A stretch of 64,000 nucleotides of DNA from an uncultured Bacilli bacterium (GCA_934130545.1 CAKOYD010000004.1:16780-80779), one strand, 5' to 3'. Positions 17,962 through 29,196 are shown, counted from the stretch's first letter. Notes: generated by a model from the letters alone, not told the origin. A program made the numbers and translations.

Positions 17962-20289
17962 TTATTTATTTGTCGTTTTATTTCTCTTCTTAAATATTTT
18001 TCGATATATTTCTTCATAATCACTAACAAATATTATCTCTAATCCTTCTTTTATTATATCATCTATTTCTTCGATATCATTACTATTATCTTTAGAAATA
18101 AAAACTGTTTTAATACCACATCTTTTAGCGGCTATTAACTTTTCTTTAAGTCCTCCTACTGGTAATATTTTACCACGTAAAGTAATCTCTCCTGTCATAC
18201 TAATATCATTAGGTACTGGTTTATCTAAAAATAAACTAATTAATGTTGTTAATATTGTAATACCCGCTGATGGACCATCTTTTGGTATAGAACCTGATTC
18301 AAAGTGAATATGAATATCATTATTATCTAATATATCACTATTTATTCCATAATTATCACAATTAGATTTAATATAACTTAAAGCTATCTCTACTGATTCT
18401 TTCATTACTTCTCCAATAGAACCCGTAATATTTATATTACCTTTACCCTTAAAATATATTGCTGACGTCTTTAGTACCATCCCACCATATGGTGTATATG
18501 CTAAAGTATTAACTACTCCCGAAGTATTATTCTCTAAACTATCATCAACATTATATTTATAATTACCTAAATAAGAAGTAATATTATCATTATCTATAAA
18601 ATAAACACTTCTCTTATTAAACTCATCTTCGACAATAATCTTTCTAACTAAACTCTCTAATATTCTTTCTAACTCTCTTACTCCTGACTCTTTAGTATAA
18701 TAATTAATAATTATCTTAATAGCTTCTTTACTAATACTAATATTCTCCATCTTATAAGAAGATAACATCTTAGGCACTAAGTAATTTCTAGCTATCTCTA
18801 TCTTTTCATACTCTGTATAACTAGATAGTTCTATTATTTCTAAACGATCCTTCAAAGCTTCCGGAATAGTATTAACATTATTAGCGGTCAATATAAACAT
18901 TACTTTTGACAAATCAAACTTTTCTTCTATATAATTATCTATAAACATACTATTTTGTTCTTTATCTAATATATCTAATAATGTTGTTGATACATCTTTA
19001 CGATAATCTTTAGTAATCTTATCTATTTCATCAATTAAGAATACTGGATTATTAACTCCACACTTACGTATTCCCTGAATTATCTTACCAGGATAAGCTC
19101 CTATATAAGTCTTACGATGTCCCATTATTTCTGCGTCATCAATAATACTACCTACACTAACCTTAACAAACTTTCTATCTAAAACATTAGCAATAGACTT
19201 AGCTAAAGTAGTCTTACCAACACCAGAAGGCCCTACTAAACATATAATTGGACTATTTAAATCATCACTCTTACTCTTAGAAGCTATATATTCTAATATT
19301 CTATTCTTTATCTTACTAAGTCCATAATGTGATTTATCTAACTTATTCTTAATATCTTTTATATCTTTATTATCTATTGTTGAAGTATTCCACGGAAGAT
19401 TAATTAACCAATCAATATAGTTTCTAATAATACCTATCTCGGCTGAAGTAGCAGGCATTAACTCATATCTAGATATCTCTTCATTAAGTCTATCTATTAT
19501 ATAACTAGGAGCATCCATCTTATTAATCTTATCTTTAAGTTTCTTAATATCTCCCTCTTTTATATCTAATTCCCCTATTTCTTCCTTAATCAACTTAATC
19601 TTTTCTTTTAATATATAATTTTTTTGCTCTTCATCTAATCTATCTCTAAGTTTAGACTCAATACTATTCTCTAACTTAACAGTTTCTATCTCTTTATGTA
19701 AATCTTCTATTAAAAGTTTAGTACGATACATTGAATTAGATATCTCTATATATTTAAACTTATCATTATATGATAACGGTAATTCTGAAATAATAATATC
19801 TGATATTCTCCCTAAATTATTTAACCCATTAATTCTTCCTAAAACATTATTAGACATATTAGAGGATATCTCTATAAACTCTTCTAAGTTCTTAAATAAT
19901 ACTCTCTTTAAAGCTGTCGCCTCTAACTCATTATAATCATAATCTTTAGTAGGAATAATAAAAGCCTCTACTATCTTATTATCATCTTCAAAATAATTTA
20001 ATACTTCTACTCTATCAATACCTACTAAAACTAATCTAATATTCTTATTAGGTAATACTAACTTAGATTTAATTTTAGCTAAGATAGCTATCTTAGGAAG
20101 TTCTCTTAAATTAGGACTCTCTTCTAAAGAATCTAGGTTATTTACTAACAAAATATTCCCATCATGGATTGATTCACTAAGTTCTATTATTTTCTTATCT
20201 CTTTCAAGATTAAACTCAACCCTAAGTTCATTATAAGGAAACAAAATTAAGTCATGCAAAAATAATATTGGTAAATTAGTTTCAACCAT
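17962..20289 (-). CDS. lon: ATP-dependent protease La (LonA)
   Basis: Lon N-domain, AAA+ Walker A GPSGVGKTTLAKSIA, C-terminal protease domain with DGPSAGITI (catalytic Ser). Confidence 0.95.
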   Translation of the reverse strand: MVETNLPILFLHDLILFPYNELRVEFNLERDKKIIELSESIHDGNILLVNNLDSLEESPNLRELPKIAILAKIKSKLVLPNKNIRLVLVGIDRVEVLNYFEDDNKIVEAFIIPTKDYDYNELEATALKRVLFKNLEEFIEISSNMSNNVLGRINGLNNLGRISDIIISELPLSYNDKFKYIEISNSMYRTKLLIEDLHKEIETVKLENSIESKLRDRLDEEQKNYILKEKIKLIKEEIGELDIKEGDIKKLKDKINKMDAPSYIIDRLNEEISRYELMPATSAEIGIIRNYIDWLINLPWNTSTIDNKDIKDIKNKLDKSHYGLSKIKNRILEYIASKSKSDDLNSPIICLVGPSGVGKTTLAKSIANVLDRKFVKVSVGSIIDDAEIMGHRKTYIGAYPGKIIQGIRKCGVNNPVFLIDEIDKITKDYRKDVSTTLLDILDKEQNSMFIDNYIEEKFDLSKVMFILTANNVNTIPEALKDRLEIIELSSYTEYEKIEIARNYLVPKMLSSYKMENISISKEAIKIIINYYTKESGVRELERILESLVRKIIVEDEFNKRSVYFIDNDNITSYLGNYKYNVDDSLENNTSGVVNTLAYTPYGGMVLKTSAIYFKGKGNINITGSIGEVMKESVEIALSYIKSNCDNYGINSDILDNNDIHIHFESGSIPKDGPSAGITILTTLISLFLDKPVPNDISMTGEITLRGKILPVGGLKEKLIAAKRCGIKTVFISKDNSNDIEEIDDIIKEGLEIIFVSDYEEIYRKIFKKRNKTTNK

Positions 20290-20448
20290 AATGACACCTC
20301 CTGTTAGTAAACAAAAAAAGATTATCCTAATTATTACTTAATATAAATAATAGAATAATCACTTCCTTTGTTGGCTTAATATTCTAACATAAAAAAAAAA
20401 TATATCAATATTTTTGACATATTTTTTACATTTTTTTATTTACCAATA

Positions 20449-20664
20449 TTAACCAAAATCTTTATCTTTATCCCCTTCACAATATCCTTCCCCTATTTTA
20501 TCTCCTTCAATATATTCTTTATTCATAACCTGACAACTCATCTTGGTAACAGTATCTTTTAAATAACCACCAAATATTCTAACTAAACCAATAGCTACTA
20601 CTGTTATTAAAGATATAATTAATACATATTCAACCAAAGTCTGACCTTTTCTATTTAACTTCAT
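20449..20664 (-). CDS. Flp/Fap family type IVb pilin (class III signal peptide)
   Basis: MKLNRKGQTLVEYVLIISLITVVAI matches the Flp G/xTxxEYxLI prepilin motif. Confidence 0.65.
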   Translation of the reverse strand: MKLNRKGQTLVEYVLIISLITVVAIGLVRIFGGYLKDTVTKMSCQVMNKEYIEGDKIGEGYCEGDKDKDFG

Positions 20665-20743
20665 TATATGACCTCCTATTGTTATCTTAATTATAATATA
20701 TAACTAAGTTTATTGTCAATATAATACCATATTAATTTAACAT

Positions 20744-21433
20744 CTAAGCACTTTTAACCTCAACATAATCCCCTGAATCAAGATATATAATACCTTTAAC
20801 CCCATTTAAATTAGCAAATATACTTTCATACTTATTAATCTTCTCTATCTTAGTTAAAGTAATATATACATTATTACCATCATCCATATATAATAAAAAT
20901 CTTTCTTTATCTACTTCATTAGGGCTATATTCAATAATAGATATATGTTCTAAAATAATTCTATCTATTAAATTAAATTTATCTACAAACTTATTATATA
21001 TACTACTAACATCCCCTACTAGATATGGTAAGTTCTGGATATTCTTAGTATTATCTACTATTTCTCTACTAGATAATACTAACTTCTTACTATCCATCTT
21101 AATACATATTGGATTATATTCATAAATAGTTATATATATTTTACCAAAAAACTTTTTCTTAACTTTAGCTTTCTCTATATAAGTATTCTTTTTTAACTCT
21201 TTCTCTATCTTTTTACCTCTTGTTAAAATAAAAGAAGGATAAGAAGATAAATTAGATAATTCTATTACTTCTTTATCAGTTATAATATTATTATTTATAA
21301 CATAAATATTACTTATCTTTAAAGAACATATATAATATCCTAATAAACTTATAATAATTAATACTAATATAAATATTAATAGTTTTTTAATACTTAATTT
21401 TCTTTTCTTTACTTTTACCCTTTTTTTATTCAT
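20744..21433 (-). CDS. cell division protein FtsQ/DivIB-like
   Basis: Basic N-terminus, single TM, POTRA-like body; located immediately downstream of murG-murB. Confidence 0.55.
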   Translation of the reverse strand: MNKKRVKVKKRKLSIKKLLIFILVLIIISLLGYYICSLKISNIYVINNNIITDKEVIELSNLSSYPSFILTRGKKIEKELKKNTYIEKAKVKKKFFGKIYITIYEYNPICIKMDSKKLVLSSREIVDNTKNIQNLPYLVGDVSSIYNKFVDKFNLIDRIILEHISIIEYSPNEVDKERFLLYMDDGNNVYITLTKIEKINKYESIFANLNGVKGIIYLDSGDYVEVKSA

Positions 21434-21446
21434 ATCGCACCTTTTA

Positions 21447-22340
21447 TTAATTATCTATGATTACTTGTTCTAAATATAAGTCTATATTATTATTTTCTTT
21501 TACTTTATCTTTAGCTAAATTAATTAAGTTTATTATATCCTCCCCTGTTGCATTATCTTTATTAACAATAAAGTTAGCATGCATATCAGATATCATTGCC
21601 CCACCAATACTATATCCTTTTAAGTTAGCGTCCTCTATTAACTTTCCAGCATACATTCCTTCTGGATTTCTAAAGACACTTCCTGCGGATGGATACTCAA
21701 GTGGTTGGGTTGCTTTTCTTTTTTCAAATCTTTTTTCTATTACAGCATTCATTTCTTCTTTATTACCAGGTTTTAACTTTAAAACTACTTCTAAAACGAT
21801 ATAGTCTTTATTCTTCTTAATAAATGAATTACGATAAGAAAAATCCATATCTTCATTAGTTAACTCTACTATTTCTAGTTTAGGAGTAAGAACTTTAGCG
21901 GATACAAATACATCACTAAATGACTCATTATATGCTCCAGCATTCATACTAACTGAAGCCCCTATTTCTCCCGGTATAGAAACTGAAAACTCCAACCCTG
22001 ATAAAGAATTATTAATAGCCATATTAGCTAATTTAGATAATGATACTCCAGCCCCTACTACTACTTTATCACCATCAAACTCTATCTTATCTAGCTTAGA
22101 TAACTTTATAACTACACCATTATATCTATTATTTTTAAATATTACATTAGAACCATTACCAAGTACTAAATACTTATAATTATTCTCTTTAAGAAAACTA
22201 ATTAATTTAACTACTTCATCTATATCTTTAGGAAATACTAAATAATCACATTTAACATCTAATCGATATGTATTATATTTCTTTAAAGATACATCTTCAT
22301 ACATCTCGATATTATTACTTCTAGTAAAACTTCTTATCAT
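21447..22340 (-). CDS. murB: UDP-N-acetylenolpyruvoylglucosamine reductase
   Basis: FAD-binding N-domain YNTYRLDVKCDYLVFP...LVLGNGSNV; MurB C-terminal domain. Confidence 0.9.
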   Translation of the reverse strand: MIRSFTRSNNIEMYEDVSLKKYNTYRLDVKCDYLVFPKDIDEVVKLISFLKENNYKYLVLGNGSNVIFKNNRYNGVVIKLSKLDKIEFDGDKVVVGAGVSLSKLANMAINNSLSGLEFSVSIPGEIGASVSMNAGAYNESFSDVFVSAKVLTPKLEIVELTNEDMDFSYRNSFIKKNKDYIVLEVVLKLKPGNKEEMNAVIEKRFEKRKATQPLEYPSAGSVFRNPEGMYAGKLIEDANLKGYSIGGAMISDMHANFIVNKDNATGEDIINLINLAKDKVKENNNIDLYLEQVIIDN

Positions 22341-23415
22341 CCATTATCAATTCCTTTAATACTTCATATATCCTACTAGAACTATCTTTTATCCCTAAAT
22401 CTTTTAAATTATTCTTAATCTCATTATATTCTTTTTCATTCTTTAAAATTCTATCTATCATAGTAATTAAATTATTTCTTGTTAAATCTTTTTCTTCTAA
22501 TATTAAAGCAGCATTTTTATTAACTAAATCCATAGCATTTTTATATTGATGATTATTAGTAACATAAGGACTAGGTATAAATATTGAAGGTACACCTAAT
22601 ACCATAATTTCACTCATAGTAGTAGCACCCGCTCTAGTTATCATTAAATCAGTTACTTTCATTAATGATGGCATTTCATAAACAAAAGGTACTATCTTAA
22701 CATTACTAGGTACATGAGTCTTCTTTACTTTTTCATAATAAGTATTACCTGTTACAAATAATACTTCATAATCTTTATCTCTAAAACTATTTAAAAACGA
22801 TACTAACTTATCATTAACTGTCTTACTACCTAATGATCCCATAACTATTAAAACTAATTTCTTATCTTTAGATAATCCATAATCTTCCTTATTAGCAGCC
22901 TTCATAGCAACTGCTTTCTCACTACAAGGATTACCTGTTAATACTACTTTATTTTTATCAAACTTATCCATTGTTGATTCAAAAGACACTCCAACTTTAT
23001 CAGCATACTTTGCTAAATATCTATTAGAAAGACCTACTACTGAATTTTGTTCATGAATAAATGTCTTCTTACCTAACTTCTTTCCAGCCCATACAACAGG
23101 TGCTGTTACATACCCTCCTGTTCCTATAACAATATCCGGATCAAACTCTTTAATAATCTTCTTACATTTTAAACAAGCATTAATAAAGTAATATGCTGTC
23201 TTAAAGTTATCAATAGTTAGTTTTCTCTTAAATCCAGTAATTTTAATAGCTTCATATCTAATACCCATTTCAGGAATTAAATCTTTCTCCATTCTATCAT
23301 CAGTACCAATATATAAAAACTCACTATTTGGTTCTTCTTTTTTTATCTTATTAATGATAGCAACAGCGGGAAAAATATGTCCTCCTGTACCACCAGCGCT
23401 AATAACTGCTCTCAT
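22321..23415 (-). CDS. murG: UDP-N-acetylglucosamine--N-acetylmuramyl-(pentapeptide) pyrophosphoryl-undecaprenol N-acetylglucosamine transferase
   Basis: MRAVISAGGTGGHIFPAVAI N-terminal glycine-rich motif; 364 aa. Confidence 0.9.
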   Translation of the reverse strand: MRAVISAGGTGGHIFPAVAIINKIKKEEPNSEFLYIGTDDRMEKDLIPEMGIRYEAIKITGFKRKLTIDNFKTAYYFINACLKCKKIIKEFDPDIVIGTGGYVTAPVVWAGKKLGKKTFIHEQNSVVGLSNRYLAKYADKVGVSFESTMDKFDKNKVVLTGNPCSEKAVAMKAANKEDYGLSKDKKLVLIVMGSLGSKTVNDKLVSFLNSFRDKDYEVLFVTGNTYYEKVKKTHVPSNVKIVPFVYEMPSLMKVTDLMITRAGATTMSEIMVLGVPSIFIPSPYVTNNHQYKNAMDLVNKNAALILEEKDLTRNNLITMIDRILKNEKEYNEIKNNLKDLGIKDSSSRIYEVLKELIMDDKKFY

Positions 23416-23529
23416 TCATATACACCTCTATTTAATTATATCAAAAATAAAACCTAAAGTAATTATTTTCTACTAAATTATACACTTTTAATAAGAAAAA
23501 TATGTAAAAACATGTTCTACATATCCCAC

Positions 23530-24738
23530 TTATTTAAAATATTTAATAATAAAAGTAGTTCCTTCTCCTTTAGTAGAGTCTACACTTATCATCCCATTAT
23601 CTTTCTCTATTATCTTTTTTGATAACGAAAGTCCTATTCCAACACTATCTCCTGATGACATCTTCCCTTTATAAAACCTCTTAAATATATTATCAATGTC
23701 TTCCTTATCCATTCCTTTACCAAAATCTTTTATCTTAATCTCATAATATAAATTATTAATCAAACCCTCAATAATAATCTTACTACCATTATCAGAGTAC
23801 TCAATAGCATTCTTTAATATATTAGTAATAGCCTCTACTTGCCATCTAAAATCACAATATATCCTACTATTTTCCCCCTTAAATATAATCTTTATATCTT
23901 TTAAATCACATAAATTAGCAACATTACTAATAGCCATATCTATTATATCTTTAATATTATTATCTTCTTCGATAAAAGTAATAGTATTAGACTCAAACTT
24001 TGATAAAGTTAAAATAGATTGTACTAAAAAAGTAATATTAAGTACTTCTCTTTTAATTTGCCTAATAAACTTATCTCTAACTATATTATCCATATCTGGA
24101 TTATCAATCATATTATCTAACATAATAGTAATAGAAGTCAGTGGTGTCTTTAACTGATGCGATATATCTTGTAATGATTCTTTTAAACTAATCTTATCTT
24201 TTAAAGAATTATCTGCTTGTTCTCTCAACATAACTGTTGTCTTATATATTTCTTGCTTTAAGATAGATAACTTATCCTCACTTAAATCATCTAGTTTTAA
24301 TTCATAATTCTTATGATTTATATCCTCAATTAACTTAATAATCTTATTAATCTCTAGGTCATCTTCTATTTCATATCTAACTATTAAATAAAATACTAAT
24401 AATATCATTAATACTAATAATAATATCTTAATTACACTATACTTCTGATGAATAGTATCATTTAATGCTATATAAGAATCATTTTCTATATCATAACCAT
24501 ACTCTTTTAAATAATTCAATCCTGAACTATTACTATTTAATAATTCCATTACTTCTTCCGTAGAAACATCTGGATATTTATTTCTAATAACCTCAATCAT
24601 CGCATTTACTTTATAATTAAAATTCTTTCGATATCCTTGATACTCTCTTCTTGAAATAATAATAAATACTATTAAAAAGCTAATAATTACTCCTATAAAA
24701 CTTAATATATATCTTTTAAATCTCTCTTTATTTTTCAT
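23530..24738 (-). CDS. sensor histidine kinase
   Basis: Two N-terminal TM helices; H-box ISHQLKTPLTSI; HATPase_c GxGxG (GIGLSLSKKII). Confidence 0.85.
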   Translation of the reverse strand: MKNKERFKRYILSFIGVIISFLIVFIIISRREYQGYRKNFNYKVNAMIEVIRNKYPDVSTEEVMELLNSNSSGLNYLKEYGYDIENDSYIALNDTIHQKYSVIKILLLVLMILLVFYLIVRYEIEDDLEINKIIKLIEDINHKNYELKLDDLSEDKLSILKQEIYKTTVMLREQADNSLKDKISLKESLQDISHQLKTPLTSITIMLDNMIDNPDMDNIVRDKFIRQIKREVLNITFLVQSILTLSKFESNTITFIEEDNNIKDIIDMAISNVANLCDLKDIKIIFKGENSRIYCDFRWQVEAITNILKNAIEYSDNGSKIIIEGLINNLYYEIKIKDFGKGMDKEDIDNIFKRFYKGKMSSGDSVGIGLSLSKKIIEKDNGMISVDSTKGEGTTFIIKYFK

Positions 24739-25381
24739 CTATTCTATATCCTATTCCCTTAATTGTTATAATTATATCCGTCCCTAATTTCTCTCTTATT
24801 CTTTTTAAATAAACCGTAAGTGTATGATCATCAACATCATTACCAGTAATCTCCCATATCTTATCTAGTAAAGTATTTCTTCTAACAACTTTCCCAATAT
24901 TAATAAATAATAGTTGTAATATCTTTAGCTCTAAACTAGTTAGCTTAACTTCTTCATCATTCTTTTTAACTATCATCTTATCGATATCAAAATATATATC
25001 TTCTACTTTAATAATAGATTGTTTCTTCTTTCTTAAAATAATTTTATTTACTCGAACTAATAACTCTTTAGTAGAAAATGGTTTTGTCATATAATCTTCT
25101 GCTCCTAAATTAAGGCCTTTAATAATATCATCCTCATCATCTCTAGCTGTTAAAAATATTACCGGAATATCTAATTCTTTTATATTATTACTATATAAAT
25201 CAAAACCATTACCATCTCCTAGCATAACATCTAATATAATAACTTCTGGAATAGTATCTTCTAAATACTTTAAAGTATCTTTAACACTACTAGTATAATC
25301 TAATTGATAATTATTCATCTTAAAAGCATATATTAACCCATCAACTATATTCTTATTATCTTCTACTAATAAAATACGCAC
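24728..25381 (-). CDS. OmpR-family response regulator
   Basis: REC domain MRILLVEDNKNI...DVMLGDGNG; winged-helix C-terminus. Confidence 0.9.
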   Translation of the reverse strand: MRILLVEDNKNIVDGLIYAFKMNNYQLDYTSSVKDTLKYLEDTIPEVIILDVMLGDGNGFDLYSNNIKELDIPVIFLTARDDEDDIIKGLNLGAEDYMTKPFSTKELLVRVNKIILRKKKQSIIKVEDIYFDIDKMIVKKNDEEVKLTSLELKILQLLFINIGKVVRRNTLLDKIWEITGNDVDDHTLTVYLKRIREKLGTDIIITIKGIGYRIDEK

Positions 25382-25440
25382 TCTATATCACCTTATATCC
25401 ATTATAACACAAAGAAAGGGATACTATACTCCTAATATCC

Positions 25441-27957
25441 CTATATATTATCTTTTCTAATTGTCTCTATTGTATTCTGTTTATTTATCTTATTTATTGA
25501 ATATCTCATAATAATATAAACTATTATAAATACAAATATTATACATATAATAATAGCTTTATATGGTATAACATACACTGCCTCATACATTTTACTAAAA
25601 GATTTATGTACTGCATATGATCCAATAATACCTAATATTGTTCCATAAATAAGTGCTTTAGTACTATAAAATAAAGTCTCTAAATTAATCATTCTATTAA
25701 ACTCTTTCTTAGTCATACCAACACTTTTTAACATTGCAAACTCTTTTTGTCTAAGTTCCATATTAGAAGTAATAGTATTAAATATATTAGTTGTACCTAT
25801 CAAAGTAATAACAGTTATAAAACCATATAAGAATATACTAATTACTAATATCATTGATTTCTCTTCTTTTGCTACTTTACTAATATCATAAACATATAAA
25901 TCAGAGTCAATACTTGCTATATCTTTAGTTAATTGTTCACTATTATTAGTATCTATTAATAATTTATATGGATAATAATTTATATTATTAAAATACTTAG
26001 TATTTAAGAATAAAAATCCACCATCATAATATGCATTTTCCATTCCACTAGGTCTAATATTAGATACTTTACCTACTTCTACTTTAATATTATCTCCGTT
26101 AGATAACTTAGAATCTATAATATCGCCATCTTTATATTTATACCTTCTAGCATCATAATACTTAGCTTTCTTATCACCAGGTTTTTTAATATAAAAACTA
26201 TAATTATCTACTAAGATACCTTTATCTTTTAAATCATCATAATTACCATTAATCTCTTTAATGTAAGAAGCGAATGTTTCATCATCAAGTAGTAAAACTT
26301 CTAGATTAATATATTTTCCTTCTTCATCACTGCTAAAATAATAATTATTATCATAAGTATTTATCATTGAAAAGTCTCTCATTATTATGTTTGATTCACT
26401 ATTATATAAACTAAAAGATTTATTTATATTATCTAGGTTAGTAATTTCATCTATTTGAGAAGAAGAGTAATTATTACCTAAACTTATAACAAGATTATAA
26501 TCATAGTTAGTATAATAATTACTAGATTGTCTAAAGCCTTCATTAATAAAAGCGGACATAGTAATAAATACAAAGATACTTACGGTTAAAGAAATAACAG
26601 TAGTACGATATTTTTTCTTACTTCGGCATAAATTCTTATAAGCAAGTACTCCACCTTCTTTAAATATTTTTTTAATTATTTTTGGAGTATGAAGTTTTTT
26701 AGCATCAATTTTAATATCATTTGAACTTCTTAAATTATCTATAGGACTTACTTTAGAAGCCTTCTTAGCAGAACTAATAACTGAAAAATATATTGTAATA
26801 AAACCAAGAACAATCGAGATTATAATAGATAAAATAGATACTTTAAAAACAATACCATCAATACTATTAAATAAGAAGTCTCCAAGAAGAATATTAACTA
26901 TCTTAATTAATATAAATACTGCTAATAAACCACATAATATTCCTAAAGGAATAGCAATCATTCCTAAGATAAATCCCTCATATAAGACACTTTTCTTAAT
27001 TTGCTTCTTGGTAGCGCCAATACTAGCTAACATCCCATACATCTTCATCTTTTCAGTTGTTGATATAGCAAAAGAATTTCTAATACAAAAGGCACTAGTA
27101 AATATAATAATAAATATTACTACTCCTGCTATTGTCATTAACGTACTAAATGTTGAATTACTAAACTTTAATGCTTCCCATCTAAGTAATTCATTATTTA
27201 TTTGATAATCATAATTAAATTTTTTCTCTGTTCCTATCTCATCATAACTAGAGGCTCCTAATAATTCACAAATAGATTTCTCATAATCATATGGTTCCTT
27301 TAATGAAACATAAGCATCTAATTTCTTACTAGTAGTATTAGTAGTTATTCCATAATTATCATTATCAACATTCTCTTTATATACAATTCCTACTATCTTA
27401 TAACTCTTTAAACTACTATTTATTATTTCTTCAGCATTTTCTTCTAAATAAGGATTGCTGTTATATAATGGATATCCTTCGCCATCTACTCTATCTCCAA
27501 CATTAAGATTAATAACATCTCCTACTTTATATTTACCTTTTAACTTTATCTTATTACTAATAGCTATTTCATTATCATTTTCTGGATATCTACCCTCTAT
27601 TACCTCATAAGATAAATTACTTAGTGAATCTTTATCCATAGAAGCTATCTCTATATAAGGAAATGTACTATCTATTTCAATAGATGAATAACCTAGTTTA
27701 TATACTAAATTAATATCTTTAATGTCTTTATTTAACTTTAATTTATTTATATCATTATCATTTATGTTTAATAATTCAATATGATAATAACCACTCTCAT
27801 TAATAGCATTCTCAACTAATGTTTGTCTAAAACTACTAACCATACTACTAACAGCACATATTAAGGCTACTGATAAGATAATACCAATAATCGTACCAAT
27901 AGTTCTCTTCGTATTAAGTTTTAAACTTTTTGTAACTAATTTATTAAGGACATTCAT
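25441..27957 (-). CDS. ABC transporter permease, FtsX-like (MacB/BceB-type, duplicated FtsX domains)
   Basis: 838 aa with two 4-TM FtsX modules and a large extracytoplasmic domain. Confidence 0.8.
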   Translation of the reverse strand: MNVLNKLVTKSLKLNTKRTIGTIIGIILSVALICAVSSMVSSFRQTLVENAINESGYYHIELLNINDNDINKLKLNKDIKDINLVYKLGYSSIEIDSTFPYIEIASMDKDSLSNLSYEVIEGRYPENDNEIAISNKIKLKGKYKVGDVINLNVGDRVDGEGYPLYNSNPYLEENAEEIINSSLKSYKIVGIVYKENVDNDNYGITTNTTSKKLDAYVSLKEPYDYEKSICELLGASSYDEIGTEKKFNYDYQINNELLRWEALKFSNSTFSTLMTIAGVVIFIIIFTSAFCIRNSFAISTTEKMKMYGMLASIGATKKQIKKSVLYEGFILGMIAIPLGILCGLLAVFILIKIVNILLGDFLFNSIDGIVFKVSILSIIISIVLGFITIYFSVISSAKKASKVSPIDNLRSSNDIKIDAKKLHTPKIIKKIFKEGGVLAYKNLCRSKKKYRTTVISLTVSIFVFITMSAFINEGFRQSSNYYTNYDYNLVISLGNNYSSSQIDEITNLDNINKSFSLYNSESNIIMRDFSMINTYDNNYYFSSDEEGKYINLEVLLLDDETFASYIKEINGNYDDLKDKGILVDNYSFYIKKPGDKKAKYYDARRYKYKDGDIIDSKLSNGDNIKVEVGKVSNIRPSGMENAYYDGGFLFLNTKYFNNINYYPYKLLIDTNNSEQLTKDIASIDSDLYVYDISKVAKEEKSMILVISIFLYGFITVITLIGTTNIFNTITSNMELRQKEFAMLKSVGMTKKEFNRMINLETLFYSTKALIYGTILGIIGSYAVHKSFSKMYEAVYVIPYKAIIICIIFVFIIVYIIMRYSINKINKQNTIETIRKDNI

Positions 27958-27959
27958 AC

Positions 27960-28631
27960 CTATACCTCCCTAATAATTTTGCCGTCTTCTATTTCAATTA
28001 TTCTATCAGCACACTTGGCTATCTCCATATTATGGGTAATCATAATAATAGTTTGTTTATATTCTTTATTAGATTTTCTAAGTAGTTCTACTATTTCATC
28101 ACTAGATTTACTATCTAGGTTGCCGGTTGGTTCATCCGCTAAAATAATAGTGGGATTAGTTATTAATGCTCGACCAATTGAAGTTCGTTGCTGTTGTCCA
28201 CCTGATAATTCATTAGGTAAATGGTGTCTTCTCTTTTCTAATCCTAATGTTTTAATTAAATTATCTAAATAGTTTTTATCTACTTTTCTATTATCTAAAT
28301 TAATAGGTAAAGTAATGTTTTCTTCTACATCTAAAACCGGAATTAAGTTATAGAATTGATAAATAAGACCTACTTGTCTTCTTCTAAATATTGCTAACTT
28401 ATCATCATCAAAACTGTAAATATCATTACCATCGATGTATACTTTACCTGATGTTGGTTTGTCAACACCTCCTATTAAGTGTAATAGTGTTGATTTACCA
28501 CTACCACTAGCGCCTACTATTGCTACAAACTCACCCTTTTCTACTGAAAAAGATACATTATCAAGTGCTACTACTTTTGTTGTATTTTTACCATAAATCT
28601 TTGTTAGATTCTCAACTTTTAATATTTCCAT
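27960..28631 (-). CDS. ABC transporter ATP-binding protein
   Basis: Walker A GASGSGKSTLL, signature LSGGQQQR, Walker B ILADEPTGNLD. Confidence 0.9.
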   Translation of the reverse strand: MEILKVENLTKIYGKNTTKVVALDNVSFSVEKGEFVAIVGASGSGKSTLLHLIGGVDKPTSGKVYIDGNDIYSFDDDKLAIFRRRQVGLIYQFYNLIPVLDVEENITLPINLDNRKVDKNYLDNLIKTLGLEKRRHHLPNELSGGQQQRTSIGRALITNPTIILADEPTGNLDSKSSDEIVELLRKSNKEYKQTIIMITHNMEIAKCADRIIEIEDGKIIREV

Positions 28632-28733
28632 AGTCTTCTCCCTTCACTAACAATCTAATTATATGATAACCAAAGTTACATGCAAGTTACATAACTAAAA
28701 AAAACGCCTATATAAATATATAAGCGTTAAATA

Positions 28734-29180
28734 TTATAAATTATTTAATCTATCTCTAATTAAAGTACTAACTACTGACATATCAGCACGTCCTGCTACT
28801 TTACTAGATACTTCTTTCATAATTTTACCCATATCTTTACTAGATGTAGGGTTAACTAATGAAAAAGCTTCATCTAATATTTTATTTACTTCTTCATCAC
28901 TTAATTTAGGAGGTAAATAACTATTAAGTATTTCTATCTCTTTTTCATTTTGACTAATTAAATCTTGTCTATCAGCTTTTTTAAATTCATTAATAGCATC
29001 ATTACGCATCTTTATTTGTTTAGAAATAACTTTAATCATTTCATCATCTGTTAATTCCGCACGAGGGTCTTTCTTTTCTAATTGCATAGCGCCTTTAATC
29101 ATACGAATAACTGATAATTTAAAGCTATCTTTATTTTTCATGCATTCTTTTAAATCATTATTAATACGTTCTGCTAGCAT
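28734..29180 (-). CDS. GatB/YqeY-domain protein
   Basis: LKECMKNKD...KGAMQLEKKD pattern of YqeY; typical position downstream of rpsU. Confidence 0.8.
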   Translation of the reverse strand: MLAERINNDLKECMKNKDSFKLSVIRMIKGAMQLEKKDPRAELTDDEMIKVISKQIKMRNDAINEFKKADRQDLISQNEKEIEILNSYLPPKLSDEEVNKILDEAFSLVNPTSSKDMGKIMKEVSSKVAGRADMSVVSTLIRDRLNNL

Positions 29181-29196
29181 CTTGTCATCTCCTTAA

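Noticed and set aside
20290-20448. Looked for CtsR/HrcA (CIRCE) operators upstream of lon
   Set aside because: No GGTCAAA direct repeat or TTAGCACTC-N9-GAGTGCTAA was seen, only a plausible sigma-A promoter (TTGATA-N17-TAGAAT).
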